DNA of 63,235 nucleotides, filler included, from Reticulomyxa filosa (Eukaryota; Protista; Foraminifera), in assembly GCA_000512085.1 (NCBI GenBank). It is 19 parts of 19 records of this genome, joined end to end, with 100 filler letters (N's around TTAATTAATTAA, not from the genome) between each part and the next. Parts side by side here need not be neighbours in the genome. Positions count along the whole stretch, not along the records: positions 1 to 6,934 come from ASPP01025726.1; positions 7,035 to 13,075 come from ASPP01022055.1; positions 13,176 to 14,175 come from ASPP01048170.1; 16 more parts are not named here. One strand, written 5' to 3'. Every line of letters begins with the position of its first letter. Within the stretch, counting starts at the first letter, position 1. The position numbers and the translations under genes are program-made. Positions 1 through 13,634 of the stretch are shown here, piece by piece. The notes beneath the pieces are model-generated. The model had not been told where the DNA came from, ran no database searches, and worked only from the letters and a program-made list of their open reading frames with translations.

Positions 1-64
1 TTATTATTATTATTATTATTATTAAATGTCAATGTTAAATATGCTTTTGCTTTAACTTGCCACA

Positions 65-600
65 GTGGACTTAACCAGGTTACGTATGGCGTTCGACGCG
101 GTGATTAGCAACTTTGACTTCCAAAAAAAGTTTGGCGAGGTAATGAACTTGAAAGAAACACCGACCATTCAAATGCACGTGACGGATTTCCAGGAGTTGA
201 AAGCGACGAACGACGCAATGGCACAGCTGGAAGATGGTGCTCCGCCCGACAGGGACCTGCTCGCCTTGGATGGCTTTGACGACTTGGACGAAGACAAACA
301 TGCTCAAGCGTACCTTTACCCTGATGACGACTATGACAATGACAATGATGATGATGATGATGATATTAACAATGACACAAAGCCAAATAAGTTTCGATTC
401 CGCTCCAACTCGGACAGCGTCGGCACTGGAGGCGCCGGGGGTGCAGAAGGCCAGAATCCGAAAACACATCAATCGCAAGCTTCCGACGCAACTGTTCGTC
501 AGATGAATACGATCCATAGTGGCAAAGAAGACTCCGTTCAAAGTGTATGCATGTTTTGAAAAAGAAGAGAAGAGAAGAGAAGAGATTTGAAAAAATGAAC

Positions 601-640
<40 letters not shown>

Positions 641-1676
641 TACAATATGTATTGTATATTATATGATAAAGAATGATGCTGAGCCATGGCCTCCTTATGA
701 CAATGACATGGACGGGAATGAAGCAAATGAAAACAAGGAGAACCACGACAAGCACTCGACCAGCCAACCGTTGTCACTGCTCGCGCATTCCTCTCAAGTG
801 GCAAGCAGCATTCGCTTGACAAACTTGGGCGTGTCAAGAGATAGACAGATATCCCAAACGCCAATCACACCTTCGGCCGTGGCTGTGCACAATATATTAA
901 ACACGCCAATGACCCCACTCCATTTTCCGACAGCTCCGTTTGGGATGCCAGCAATCACTCCGAGAGCCTTTGAGTTCCGCAGCAGTCACTCCTCCATGGG
1001 GAGTACCGAGGGCTTCATCTTGGGTCCTGGCGGCGCGCCGTCGGAAAAAAGGGCGAGTCTGCTGACGTCGCTTCCGCAAAAAAGACTATCTGGAACAAAC
1101 GCATCTACCAATCAGGACATGATTTTGTATTCAACCGAAACACCCAAGAACAGTTCGTTTTTCCCATTATTGGCTAAGTTGTCCGAGCCTACAGAACAGC
1201 AATCCATTGAAAATGATAAAGACAAAGACAAAGACAAAGATAAAGGAGGGAAAGATATGCCTTTTTCTAGCCAAACAATCGACCGAGAAATACCTATCAA
1301 AGCATCTCAAATGGGACAGCCCTTCCGTCCGCCTTTGGGATATCCCCTGCCTGTGGCCAATTCCTTAGGCGTCAAGCCAAAGTCGCAAGCTGCAAAGGAC
1401 GAGTCTGCGAATAGTGACAGCAGCAATAAGGCTGACGCCGGCAATGGGAAAAAAAGAAAGTCGGGGGTACGCTTTGCCGATGAGCCGAACAAAACGTTGG
1501 AAGAACAGACCCAGACCAAAGATGAAGAAAAGGAAAGCATAGCCAAAAGCGATAAGACAAAGAAGACTGCGAAAAAAACAAAAGCGGTCCGTTTTGATGA
1601 GAGTGACAATGAAGAAGAAGAACAACAACAACGTGGAAAAGGTAATTCCAATAAAAAACCAACGATAACCACGACG

Positions 1677-1708
<32 letters not shown>

Positions 1709-4700
1709 ATTGACCAAGTCGCAACAATCCAAAAAGACATCGCATCCCCCCAAAACTCCAAAAACTAAACGGCCGGTGGTTCTAAAGGGAATCGGACTGA
1801 ACCGAAAGGCAACCATCTCGAAAGCGCGACGGTCCATGTTTTTCGACAATGATATGGTGGCCAATGTCCTCGGCCTTACCTCGGCCGACTCGTTCGATCC
1901 AAACAAGTCTGCTCCAAGTGTCCCACAAACACCGAGTATGGCACCGCGATCTCCAACTGCCACCGCAGATCATGTATGTTTTTGTTTTACTAATCTTCTA
2001 GTTTTGCATTGGATACGTATAATGAAACATACTTATATACATATATATACATATATATATATATATAATATATGTATATATTGTTTGGTATAGCTTCGAA
2101 TGGCAAGCACATTTAGTGAGGTATCTCTCGCGCATTGGATGCGTGACAAAGCATTGGACAACATGGAAGATAGCATGGAGGACCCTCCGTTTTGGGAAAA
2201 CGACCGGGCATTGTACGGAGCTTTGATGAGTGTGCAAATAATCGCCGAGTTCATGAACGAGTACAAGGCGTCGAGCGAGTGTCGTTCCAAGTTTATGAAG
2301 ATGGCAAAGTATTTCACGAGGTTTGTGAAGAATCACACGTTCCATAAAAACTGGTCCAATAAAAAGTTTCACGACAAAGCCAGTGCAAAGCTGCACCGTC
2401 ACAATTACAACCTGTTTCTCTACGAGAGCTATTTAGGAAGTCAAAAGTACTTTGCGCATTATCAAGCCAATTTGATTAAAAAGAGTTTATATATATATAT
2501 GTATATGTATATTTGATATTGTAAATTTTATATATATATACATATATACATATACATCTTAATATCGTTGTTGTTTGGGGAAAACTCTTTCTTAAACTTA
2601 CAGAAGAGCCAATGACGAAGATGTTGCCTCCTCCAGTTGCACAAGCTCAGTCTTGGAATTGGATCTCACTGGCCTCGCGATCGGCGAACATTGGCTTGAC
2701 GACATTGAAGGAGCATGACGACGAAATAGGGATCGTTGGAGAAGTCAACCGGAACAGATGGGACAATAGGAGACAACAACAACAACAACAACAACACTAG
2801 TACATTAGCAATTGAGAAAACGAAAACCATAACAAAGAGTGCATCCCTTCGAAGCAGCAAGGAAAAGGAATATTCCCAAGGGGACACTGTCGAGTCGAGA
2901 TATCACTCCTCGACAGACGGCAGCAAGTTGCCCGCATCCTCGCCCATTGAAAGGGACAAGGAAAAGTCGAGCAGCGGCCCGTCGCATCCTGGCAAGCTGT
3001 CGCTGCACGAAGATTCGGTCGACTCGCTGGAATGGAAGACGGACGACAGCATGCGCGAGCTGCATCGACAAATGAACGAGGAGTTCACTTTGGAAATCGA
3101 TCCTGTCCACAAAGTAGGCTTTTGCCATACCAAAACCTATCACATGAAGAACAAAACCAAACAATGGAAGAACCGCTATTTCGTTATTCGAGGGCATATG
3201 CTCTTCCGATATACTTTGAAAGATGACGACAAAGTCTTTGATTTGGTCAATTGTCATGCACAAGCTTTTGATTTGCAATTTGCCAAAGTTTCAAAAAAAT
3301 AAAATAAAATATAAAAATGTTATATGTGATTACAATACATATATGTATACGTATGTATGTATATAGATTGAGGTGCATGATAAAGTAATAAATTATAATG
3401 GCGTGAATTTGTACTCGTTCACATTGCATTTTATGTCGCCTTTCGAAAACGTGGACACGAAGGCGGCGCAACAGGAGCGGAAGCAGTACATGGTCGACCA
3501 CCCCCCGCTGTACTTGGCGTGTCTGAGTGCGGCCGAGAGAAAGGATTGGGTGTCCAAACTCGAGCTTTGCACGGATGGCCATTACGATGATGGCGACCTT
3601 AACAACGAGGACAAAGATAAAGATAAAGACAAAGACAAGAACAAAGAGGATAAGGATAAGAACAAGAACAAAGATAAGGATAAGGATAAGACGCAAACGA
3701 GTCGGAAAAAAGAAAGCGACGAGGATGCGACGACCAAAGGCAAAGGCAAAGACAAAGACAAAGACAAAGACAAAAACAATGGAAAAAGGAACAGTGAGGA
3801 CAATAAAAAGAAAGACCAGTCGGGGACTAGTACAATCGACATTGAAGACGATGACACTTGGCTAGTGAAGAGCGGAAGAGAAAGGGAAGGCAGTGAAGGC
3901 GGCAAGAAAAAGCAACCTTTTGCGTCCAACTATCGACTGGTCAACTCTTATCGACAACTGCTGTACGAAGGGGCCGCCCAGTTGGAAAATCCACAAATAT
4001 TTGGCAAGCTCATTGTTCCCGTTCAACTCTTCCTGGGCAACGACATCCTTGTCATCTGCGATCGCACCCAATTGCTTCACGACACCGCCGTCGCCGACGA
4101 ACGAAAGGAAGAGCCAAAGGCAGCAGCAGCACATAAAACTCAAGCGAGCAGAGAACCACTTCGTTAAGTTGAATTTTTTTTGTACGTACAATGACGTATA
4201 CATATACATATATACATATATATATATATTTATTTATTTATATATAATATTTTTTTTTGGGGGGAGGAGGGAAATAGATGCCAAGAAAAATAATCAATTG
4301 CCGACGTTTTTAGGAGGATTGTTTAACAAAGGCCAAGAATTGAAATCAGCCATGAAGCGTCGACATCGACATCGTCTTCGTTGATTGACAATGACAACGA
4401 CAATGAAGACGAAGGGGAGGGCGAAGGAGAGGCCGAGGAAGAAATGCTGCAGAGAGACTTTAACGAATTTTATAAGTTAAAGTTTATTGGCGCCATCCAC
4501 TTGATGGAAATCTTCACCATTCAGCTGGTCAATCCAACCAAAAACAACCCTACTGTTAATAACAAGACCACCAAAAAAACAAAGACAGACAGCAATACAA
4601 AGACCGACAACAATGCAACTACCAAAACTACTACTACTACTGCTGCAGCTGCTGCTGCAGCTGCTGCGGTTGCAAAAAGTAATACCAAAACGAATACTAC

Positions 4701-6155
4701 TGCTTCTTCTTCTTCTTCTTCTTCTTCTTCTAAAACAAATGCAAGTGGTACTAAGACAGGCACTAAAACCGGTGCGAAGACGACTACGACAACGACAACG
4801 ACAACGACTACTGCGACGACGAAAACAAACTCCACTTCCACCACTAGCAGTAGTGGCAAAAGCAAAAGCACCACGGGCACAAGCAGTACGAACGCAGGTT
4901 CGAATGGAAATGAGCCCAAGAATTTGTTCAAGCGCACTCCTACGGTGAAGGATATCATCAGCGCGAATACGCAAGAGTCCAGTGCCCTCGACTTCGAAGA
5001 CATGTTCACGTGGAAGTTGGAAATCAAAACCGAATTCGAAACCATCGTCTTCGCTTACAAGTCCGAACAAGACAGGGAAGATTGGGTTCGAAGACTGATG
5101 CATTTGTATACCAATCTTCAAATGTTGTGTATTAAAATACCTTGTTATGTCACTGTTTTTTTTTTTATATACTATATATATATATGTATATATACTTTAT
5201 TTATTTTTTTTGTTCATTTGGTTTGTTTATGTTTAATACTTTAGATTTTTTTTGAAAAAAAAAAATATATATAAAAAAAATAGCCTCACAAGCAGCACGC
5301 AGGGCGGTCGAAAAGCTGGACAATCGCATATCAAAGTTGGAAAAAGAAGAAAAAGACTTTGAAAGGGATATTCTTACTCGATTGACGGAACTGTTCAAAT
5401 TAGAAGATAAACGAGAAAGCCAAGAAAGTGGCGCAAATACTGCTGACGTCAATCAGATATCCATTTTAATCGAAGACGACGAATTGACAGAGAGACTGAA
5501 AGCAGTGCAAGGGGAATTTATGGCTTTGGTCGAAAACTTTGCCAATTTCCAATTGAAAATGTATGCCATTCGTGCCCGAAGAGACGAATTGACTTTATAT
5601 TTAAACAATGAAAAGTTTATCCCTCGATTCATGAAACAATTCACTGGAATTCAGTCCGAACCTCAACCCAGTACTGTCCAAGAACCTCCTGTTGGCAAGA
5701 AACAAGCCAACACATCTACTTCACAGAAAGTCTCTGAAGGACGTCAAGGACAACAGCCTTCTTCTTCTTCTTCTTCTTCTTCTTCTTCGGCCTCTCAGTC
5801 TTCAAAAAAAAAAACCAATAACGTCGGGATGGAACTTATTGGTGGTGAAGAGGTTACTTATGAATCTGCTACCTCGTCGCGTACATCTGCCAAACCTGCA
5901 GTCGCAGCGAAAAAGGATCAAAGCAAAAAACCGCAAGGTAAACCTAAAATCACCAGAGAAGAACTGGAAAAAGTTATTCGAAAGAAGCACACATTGGTCC
6001 ATTGGATGATGAAAAATAAAGAAGAAGAGGAGGAAGAAAATAAATTCATTGACAACAAACTTGCCTCCGAGGCAAAAGCGATTGTCAAACACAAAATGCA
6101 AGGAAAAGTTATGACTGAAATCGAACAATACGAATTGGACGAAAAATATGACTAA
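65..6155 (+). CDS. Large multi-exon protein with two pleckstrin-homology (PH) domains, low-complexity linkers and a C-terminal coiled coil (5' partial)
   Basis: Successive + ORFs are separated by (TA)n-rich GT-AG introns. PH1 runs from 'VGFCHTKT..KQWKNRYFVIRGHMLFRY..VFDLVNC' to 'LYLACLSAAERKDWVSKL'. PH2 runs from 'RQLLYEG..VQLFLGNDILVICDR' to 'TIVFAYKSEQDREDWVRRL'. Stop at 6155. Confidence 0.75.
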
Positions 6156-6934
6156 ACATTGTTTGTTTTTTTTGTAGATATGATCCTTTTTCTTAATCAT
6201 TTGCCAAAGTTACTTTGATCTTTCCTCCTTGTTAGATTTCGAACTTTTTCCTTTCACTTTCTCTTTCGACATGATATCATAAAATACCCTAATTTCATTC
6301 ATCAGGACACATTTTGATAAAGGCTCTAAAAAAAGAAGACTGCTCTGCATCAAAAACAAAATGTCTCATTGAGTTTAGATAACACAACCACGTCTTTCTC
6401 TTTTTGTTCCGAGAGCGTTACAGGCATTTGTCTTTTTCATGGCCTGGTCGCAATAGAGGAGTTGAACTAAGCCAAGTTGTTGAAGTTTTTGATAAGTATT
6501 TTTAGAGACACGTTCCAGTCTTTCCAATTTCAGCATTTCATTATTGCCAACAGTAATATAGTTTGGACAATTATCGCGTGCAAATTGGGTACCAGGCGAC
6601 GATTTTGGTCGCCTTCTTTCTGTTGTAGTTGTTGCATTTTTTGAGTAAGTAGGTCTTGGTAGTCAATGTGTGAACCCTCAATGAACATAAGTGTAGTTGT
6701 CATCTTACCTCTTTACCAAGTGGTATTGTTTTAAAAGTCATTTGCACCAGAACAAATGATTGGAAAAAAAAATTGTTAATCTCTCATAATCTGTCGGAAA
6801 GAAAAATGCTCGATTTTTGATGCCAAAAAGACATGACTGAACATAGTAATTGGTGTTTTTGACAGTGCCTTCCCCACTTTGCCACCGTTAGACGTTAACC
6901 ATACTCTTCAGAGAATGAAGACCTTTACATTTTT

Positions 6935-7034
6935 NNNNNNNNNNNNNNNNNNNNNNNNNNNNNNNNNNNNNNNNNNNNTTAATTAATTAANNNNNNNNNN
7001 NNNNNNNNNNNNNNNNNNNNNNNNNNNNNNNNNN
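6935..7034. other. Artificial contig-joining spacer N44-TTAATTAATTAA-N44 (first of 18)
   Basis: Identical 100-nt spacers with stops in all six frames start at 6935, 13076, 14176, 17117, 19844, 21290, 23741, 28238, 36369, 37594, 40997, 42250, 45633, 48822, 51189, 57018, 59751 and 61929. Confidence 0.98.
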
Positions 7035-7185
7035 AAAAAAAAAAAAAAAAAAAATTTACACTTTTTTTTTTTTTTTTAATTTTTTTTTATTTTTTATTGT
7101 TGTTGGAAATTTGGTCATTAAGACTTTACAGGATGAATATACTCTTTTGATTCCTTTCTCTCAAAATTCTGTTTTCAAAACACAG

Positions 7186-7622
7186 ACAGCGGAGAAATTG
7201 AGTGAAGAATCCCAAGGAATTGTGCGAGACACTCAAGGAACATCACACTTTTTTTCTCCTGCTGCGTGCAGTGGAGAAGATCGTGATGGCTTTAAAGATG
7301 ATATCTGGGCGGTGGGCGTCGTACTTTATATATTTTTATTTTCTACCATACCTTATCACAAACCGACTGAGTTCTTGCTCATGGAGTCAATTGCAAAGGA
7401 TCCGTTAAGTGTCTTTTTTTTTTCGCTCTTTCAAAAAAAAAAAAAAGTTAAATCATGTAAAACGTTTTAAACAATAAATACTATTAACAACAAAATAGTA
7501 TTATCTATCCCGACTTGGATATTTCCTCTAACGCAAAAGACTTGCTGTCGAGGATATTAGAAAAGGATGAAACTAACAGAATTTCATTGGGAGATATCAT
7601 TAAACATCCATGGCTACAATAG
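7186..7622 (+). CDS. Ser/Thr protein kinase C-lobe, CaMKK/GRIK-like (5' partial, spliced)
   Basis: 'RDTQGTSHFFSPAACSGEDRDGFKDDIWAVGVVLYIFLFSTIPY' (subdomains VIII-IX), then an intron, then 'DLLSRILEKDETNRISLGDIIKHPWLQ*' (subdomain XI). Stop TAG at 7620-7622. Confidence 0.75.
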
Positions 7623-9644
7623 AGATCAAAGGGATTTGTCACAATTTTCTTTTTTTTTATTTTCTTCAAGGTCTCATTACATAAGCTAGCATTGCGATTT
7701 ACTTTTTTCATGGCAAAAAATCGCAAAAAGACATCATTTTTGTTGATAACTTTTTTAATTGGTGCGAAAGCGTCATGAGCAAATTTTTTTCACATTACAA
7801 CCATTTTCTTTTTGCTTCATCAATTCACCAAGTTTTTCCACGCCAAATATCGCACTCAGTAATTATAATTCAAAAATTTAACCAACTTACCATTATGCAC
7901 ACAAAGATTTCTTGCTTTCCGGTGAGCAAGATATACTCTTGTACGATCTCTCAAATACATTGCTCGGGCCACTAATCTCGTAGTCACGTGGAAGATTTAC
8001 TGCGACTTTGGAGCCTTCTCGTTGCTGCCGACTTTAGAGTCATATCTTAATCCAAATGTCGCCACACAACCCCTTTTTTATGATGATTCCATCAAAATTG
8101 ATTAGCTTCGTATGCACCCATCTCGCCAAGGTCAAGAGTCACTTTCGAAGATGAGTTTGATGTAGTCATTGATATGTGAAAAATGATGACTTTTTTTAAT
8201 TTGAACGTTTATATCATCATTATTTTCAATTCTAAAATTCAATGTTACTCTTTTCTGTATTTATTAAAATTTTACAACCTACTGTGGACTGATGCACAAA
8301 AACTCAAAAAAGCTCTTGCTTTTAAAAAAAAATCTATAAGTTTTTTGCATTTCGAATATTCTTCAAATTCAATTAAGAATGCAAAAAAAAACTTGCACTT
8401 ACAAAAAAACACAAGATTTGCAATTTTATAAAAGTAACTAACAAAAATAATAGAACACAAAATAAAACCAAATTTGCAAAAATAAAAAAATTTTAGTAAA
8501 AATGTTGTAAAAAAAAAAGAATGATTAAAACTTTAGAAAAAGATGAAATGCATTTTTAAATACTTGAAGATCGTAAAAAATTTTGAAAAAGTGTTTCTTC
8601 TTGTGAGTTTTTCCTTGTTGTTTTCCTGTAAAGTTTGTTATAGTTTTTCTAGTCTTTTTTAAGTACTATTTTTTTTAGAGAATAGAATGCTCATATTAGG
8701 GCTAAACTTGAGAAATCAGTTTGCCAGCATTATCCAAAAAGGACATAGCGCGCTCAAAAAACCAAAATAAAAAGAAACATATTGTCATAATCACTGAATT
8801 ATACTTATCAAAGCAAACACAATTTAGTGTATTAAGATAAACAATAATTAATTTAACAAAAATAAAAAAGAATTCAATATAGATAAGAACAAAAAGCATC
8901 ATCATTGTGATTACCACAGTCTGTGCTAAGATGTTATGTATTCATATATTCATCTTGATGTAGCCAGTATCTGCCCCCTTTTGCCTTCATAATGCATGAA
9001 ATTTTAAAAGAATTCGAAAAATAAAAAATTTAACCAAAAAAATATGATATAATATGTATAGAGTTTTTGTTTTTTTTAGTGATAAGCATCATTGTGCTCT
9101 TGGTTGCTGCTAGCCTCGGTTAGCGCTCACTATAAGTGTTTTTTATTTCTGGAATGTGTTTCTACTGTTCCAATTTTAATCATACATGTTGATATACAAT
9201 ATATGATAATCATGTCAGTTATTTGATATTATGGCATAGCTCCACCTTTATCTCAAAATTTCAATTGATTACTCGTTTGAATTTGGTCTTAGTGATTGTA
9301 TTGTACCTTTGATATTTTTTTAAATATTAACATAAATTTGTTTTTGATATAATTGTCAGAATGTCAAATATCAATTTATGTTATAATATCATTTATTTAT
9401 TTAATAACATGTTGTTAAATAAGTAACTATTTTATATAAAGACAACTAAAATATGATTTTAAACATAATCTAATCTTATTTGTCTTGATGCTTTTGATAT
9501 GTAACAATTTTTGATCATTTGGCTCCAACAGTTGCATTAATTTCTTGACATGTTCATTTAATATAAACATATATTCTTTATATTTAACCGACCAATATCA
9601 ATAAGTAACTACATTTTAGCTAAATTTTTAATATAATATGTCAT

Positions 9645-9869
9645 TGTAGGACAAGTCACTACTATAAATACTTGAACACAAATGGAACTGAGGAATCAGT
9701 AGGCTAAACTTACTCAATCAACTACTCTTACTTACTTGCTTTTCTTAATTTCCTTTTTGTCATTTTGATTTATTATTTAATTTACTTTGTTTTACTGAAA
9801 GTCACTATCATTCGAGTAAAACCTTTTCGTATTACATTTAGTGTAGCTCTTCACAGTAGACTCCCCACA
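9645..9869 (+). mobile_element. 225-bp TGT...ACA element (solo LTR or MITE-like) with 4-bp TSD TCAT
   Basis: Starts TGTAGGACAAGTCACTACTAT and ends CTCCCCACA. Flanked by TCAT at 9641-9644 and 9870-9873. Homologous to 14957-15171 and 22559-22790. Confidence 0.8.
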
Positions 9870-10450
9870 TCATGTTAGTTTTCTAATACAAATACTTATT
9901 TATATATCATGTTATCTGTTTTTGAACGCAAATTTTTGCAATGTACATATAACAATAACTCATACAATGATTCCAATTATTTAGTTCAACAGCTTCTACT
10001 ATTTCTACAAACATTTTATAACTGATAATTCATCTTTGTAATTCGTTTCATATTCAATGTATTTTCTGTTCGTGCTAACTACATTTTTTTACATTAACAA
10101 GCCGAATAATTTGTTCATATAAACGTGACATCAGCGCTTTACAAATTTAAACAAACTTTTTCTTTGTTTATTAACTTGGAGTTGAAAATGCATTCAGAAT
10201 AACTTTTTGGTTACACCGCAAAAGATTAATGCATTTGATTTATACTCGATAGATTCTACATTGACTAAATTTGGCTTGCAAAAAATATTTACTACTTTTA
10301 ATGTTGAAAATTTTATATGTAATCGCAAAAAAATGAAAAATAAATTGTTAAAACGTTTGTACAAACAAAAACACTGAAACAATAAATATTAATAAGTAAA
10401 GCTAGACAGGAAATCGTAAAATAAACAAAAGCTCTCCAGATATTGGTGCC

Positions 10451-12761
10451 ATGTTGATTTTATTTGAAACTGCCAGTGGTTATGCTTTGTTTAAAGTGTT
10501 AGATGAAGCAAAAATCGAAAACGCAGATGATATCATAGAAGAATTGAAAGACGAAGAGAACCGAGCAAATATGTGTGTTACTTGTCCGCCATTTTTATTC
10601 TCCCATCAAAATTAACTATTTTTGTTGTTACAGAATCCAATTGCATAAGTTTAAAAGCTTTGAAAACTTGGAAGAAGCTGCTCAAGCTGTAGAATGCCTG
10701 CAAGAGAGTTAAGATGAAGCGAAAATAAATATTTTTGTTTGGATTCATGAGAAGATCCGATGATATAATTTAAAAAACAAAAAAATTTATTTTGAAACAG
10801 GTAACGAATTGCACAAATCCCTCAGCAAATTTATCAAAAAAGAGGTCGTAAAACGTGGATCAAATGAAACATTGGCAGTCATTGACAACAAGCTTGGCAA
10901 TTTGATTAAAGAAAAATTTAATCTCAAGTTGAGTAGTTGCGCGATTGCGTAGGTCGAAAGAGGGCAAAAAAAAAAATTTTCCCTCCCAACAAAACAAGAT
11001 TAACAATTCTTTTAAGAAACAATGACAAAGATAGCATTAACATTAACAAACAAAAAAAAAAAAAAAAATAAGTATCGTAAATAATACTGCAATAATGGAA
11101 CTGCAGCGTTGGTTGCGAGAACACTTTGTAGAACTATTGACAAAATTATCGCCTACACAGCACGATTCGATGAAGGTAGGATTGGCACATGCGTTGAGTC
11201 GACATAAATTGCAATTCAGCGCAGAGAAAGTGGACACAATGATAGTGCAGGCCATTGGACTGTTGGATGAATTGGACAAAGAAATAAACATTTACGCCAT
11301 GCGTGTGAAAGAGTGGTACGGATGGCATTTCCCAGAAATGGTTAAAATTATTAATGACAACATGATATACTGTCGTGTTATCACAACGGCTGGGTTCCGT
11401 AAAAATATCCCCACCACTGATTTAAGCACTATTTTGGAAGAAGCAGTTGAAACCGACCTCAAAAATATGGCCAAAGTTTCCATGGGGTCTCAAATTACCG
11501 ACGAAGATTTGATCAACATTCAAGTTATACTTTCATTGAAAAAAAAACAAAAAACAAACAAACAAATAAATGATACAATATTTTACATTATCAAATTGAA
11601 TTTGTTGTTGTTTTTGAACATTGGTAAACTCGTACAAAAAGTATTTGGCCAAGCAAGTGATTGATTTGAGCGACTACCGCCACCAGTTGGACGATTATTT
11701 ACGCAATCGTATGACGGCTATTGCGCCAACGTTGACGATGATGGTCGGAGAATTGGTTGGGGCTCGATTGTTGGCACATGCTGGCTCGTTGGTCAATTTG
11801 GCTAAATATCCAGCTTCGACGGTACAGATCTTGGGAGCAGAAAAGGCTCTGTTTCGTGCTTTGAAACAAAGCACGGATACTCCCAAATATGGTTTGATCT
11901 ATCACGCCGCATTTGTGACCGCCGCATCCCAGCCAAACAAAGCGCGTATCGCGCGTTCCTTGGCGTGTAAAACGGCCCTGGCGACACGTATTGATGCGTT
12001 TACCACTATTGCAAGAGCTGGAGAAAGGCCTGACGAAATGAAAAATGACAAGGAAGAGACAGAAGTCTTAGACGAGGAAACATGGCAAAAACAATCTCAA
12101 ATGCATGCCGGTTCGTTTTTGGGCAAATTGCAAAGTCGTATTGATAAATTGGAACAACGAAAAGTTAGTATTAAGTCGAGACCATTGGCTGGTGCAGTTC
12201 TCGGAAAACATGAATTCGGTGAGCCCGTCAAGTTAAACTTATATTAGACAATAAAAAAAAACAAAAAAGGTAAATAAGCAAATTAGATGTAATTCCCAAA
12301 ATCATGTGTGTAAAAATATCAAGGTCATACGATGAGAGCGCCGATGTTGTATTCAAAAAAGAATCAGCCTTTGAAATGACTGCTGTTTCCACACAGGTGA
12401 TTTTTCATTTTTTATTTTTTTGACAGCAAATGGAAAAAATAATTATTGTTTTGTTTGTGATTTCTTGTTTTTGATACTCAAGAAAACATCGAAAAAACGA
12501 AAACGAGAGGAAATGGAAGATGATCAGAAAATCAAGGAAGAAGACAGTATAAGTGGACCACCTACCAAAAAAAAGCGAACGCAAGAGCCTGTGGAGGAAG
12601 CCGCTTCCAAATCAAAGAAAAAATCAAAAAAAGAAAAAGAAGAAGCGGAAGCTTCAGAACAACCACCGGCACAAGAAGAGCAAGTACAAACTGAAGAAAT
12701 TACCGAAGAAGCTCCGAAGAAGAAAAAACAAAAAAAGAAAAAAACTGAGCAGCAAGAATAA
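10451..12761 (+). CDS. NOP58: Nucleolar protein 58, box C/D snoRNP core protein (multi-exon)
   Basis: Start '[22 protein letters not shown]'. Nop-domain motifs '[26 protein letters not shown]' and '[38 protein letters not shown]'. K/E-rich tail. Confidence 0.93.
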
Positions 12762-13634
12762 AATTTTGTTGTATTTTTTTGGTGTAATTTTTTATTTTTC
12801 CTCTCACATGAAAAATTTTGACTTATTAAAAATGGTTATAAATGCGTTGATATGAAAAATTCTCAAAATGCAAAATATAACCCTGGTTATCTTAATTTCA
12901 AAGATATTTTTCACCAAACTTGTAATAAGTACAAGTTTGGTACTGTTTTGCCATAGCAAGTGCTAACTTTTTGAAGATTTGATGAGAAAAAAATTATTAT
13001 TTATATATTTGGTCCATTGCTGTTTACTCAAAGGTCAAAAATAATAAATCGGCAAATAAAATATGTTTTTTTTTTNNNNNNNNNNNNNNNNNNNNNNNNN
13101 NNNNNNNNNNNNNNNNNNNTTAATTAATTAANNNNNNNNNNNNNNNNNNNNNNNNNNNNNNNNNNNNNNNNNNNNTTTTTTTTCTCCCTTCATTGGTTGA
13201 TGTGAAATAACCTCTCTTACACAGTGCTTTTTTTGTTTACAATTTTTTGTTATATAATATCCATTTCTTTTTAGCCCCGTCTCCCCACGGTTATACTGTT
13301 TAATTGATTCATGTTTTCAAAGGCTGCAATTAACGATCCGTGATTACATTGTTTTAACTGTCCACCTTAAAATGGTTTATTATACTCAATTTGCAACTTC
13401 CAATAAATAGTTTGTCAAAAACAACATCAAGCTTGTGTTTCATTAAAACCTTATTTTTTGAAGAAATGTTTGATTGATGTGAGTGCTTAAATAAAAGGAG
13501 TGTTGAATTTTACACGAGGTCCTCGCTTAGTTGGATTAATGGTTACGTTTTTTTTATCATTTTGCGTACTGTTGAAAAACACGATTTGCAACTTTACTTA
13601 CTAGTTCAAGTTAAAAAAAGCCTAAGGGCCCTTG

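Noticed and set aside
1307-5121. Long antisense ORFs with poly-V/L/R tracts
   Set aside because: They are shadows of trinucleotide and hexanucleotide repeats in the + strand PH-domain gene.
6200-6934. Coding-like minus-strand sequence
   Set aside because: Multiple stops and no recognisable family. It is probably a decayed gene but cannot be assigned.
7700-8180. GC-richer stretch with a minus-strand ATG, suggesting an alternative genetic code or readthrough
   Set aside because: Intact genes in the window use TAA, TAG and TGA as normal stops, so this stretch is better explained as decay.
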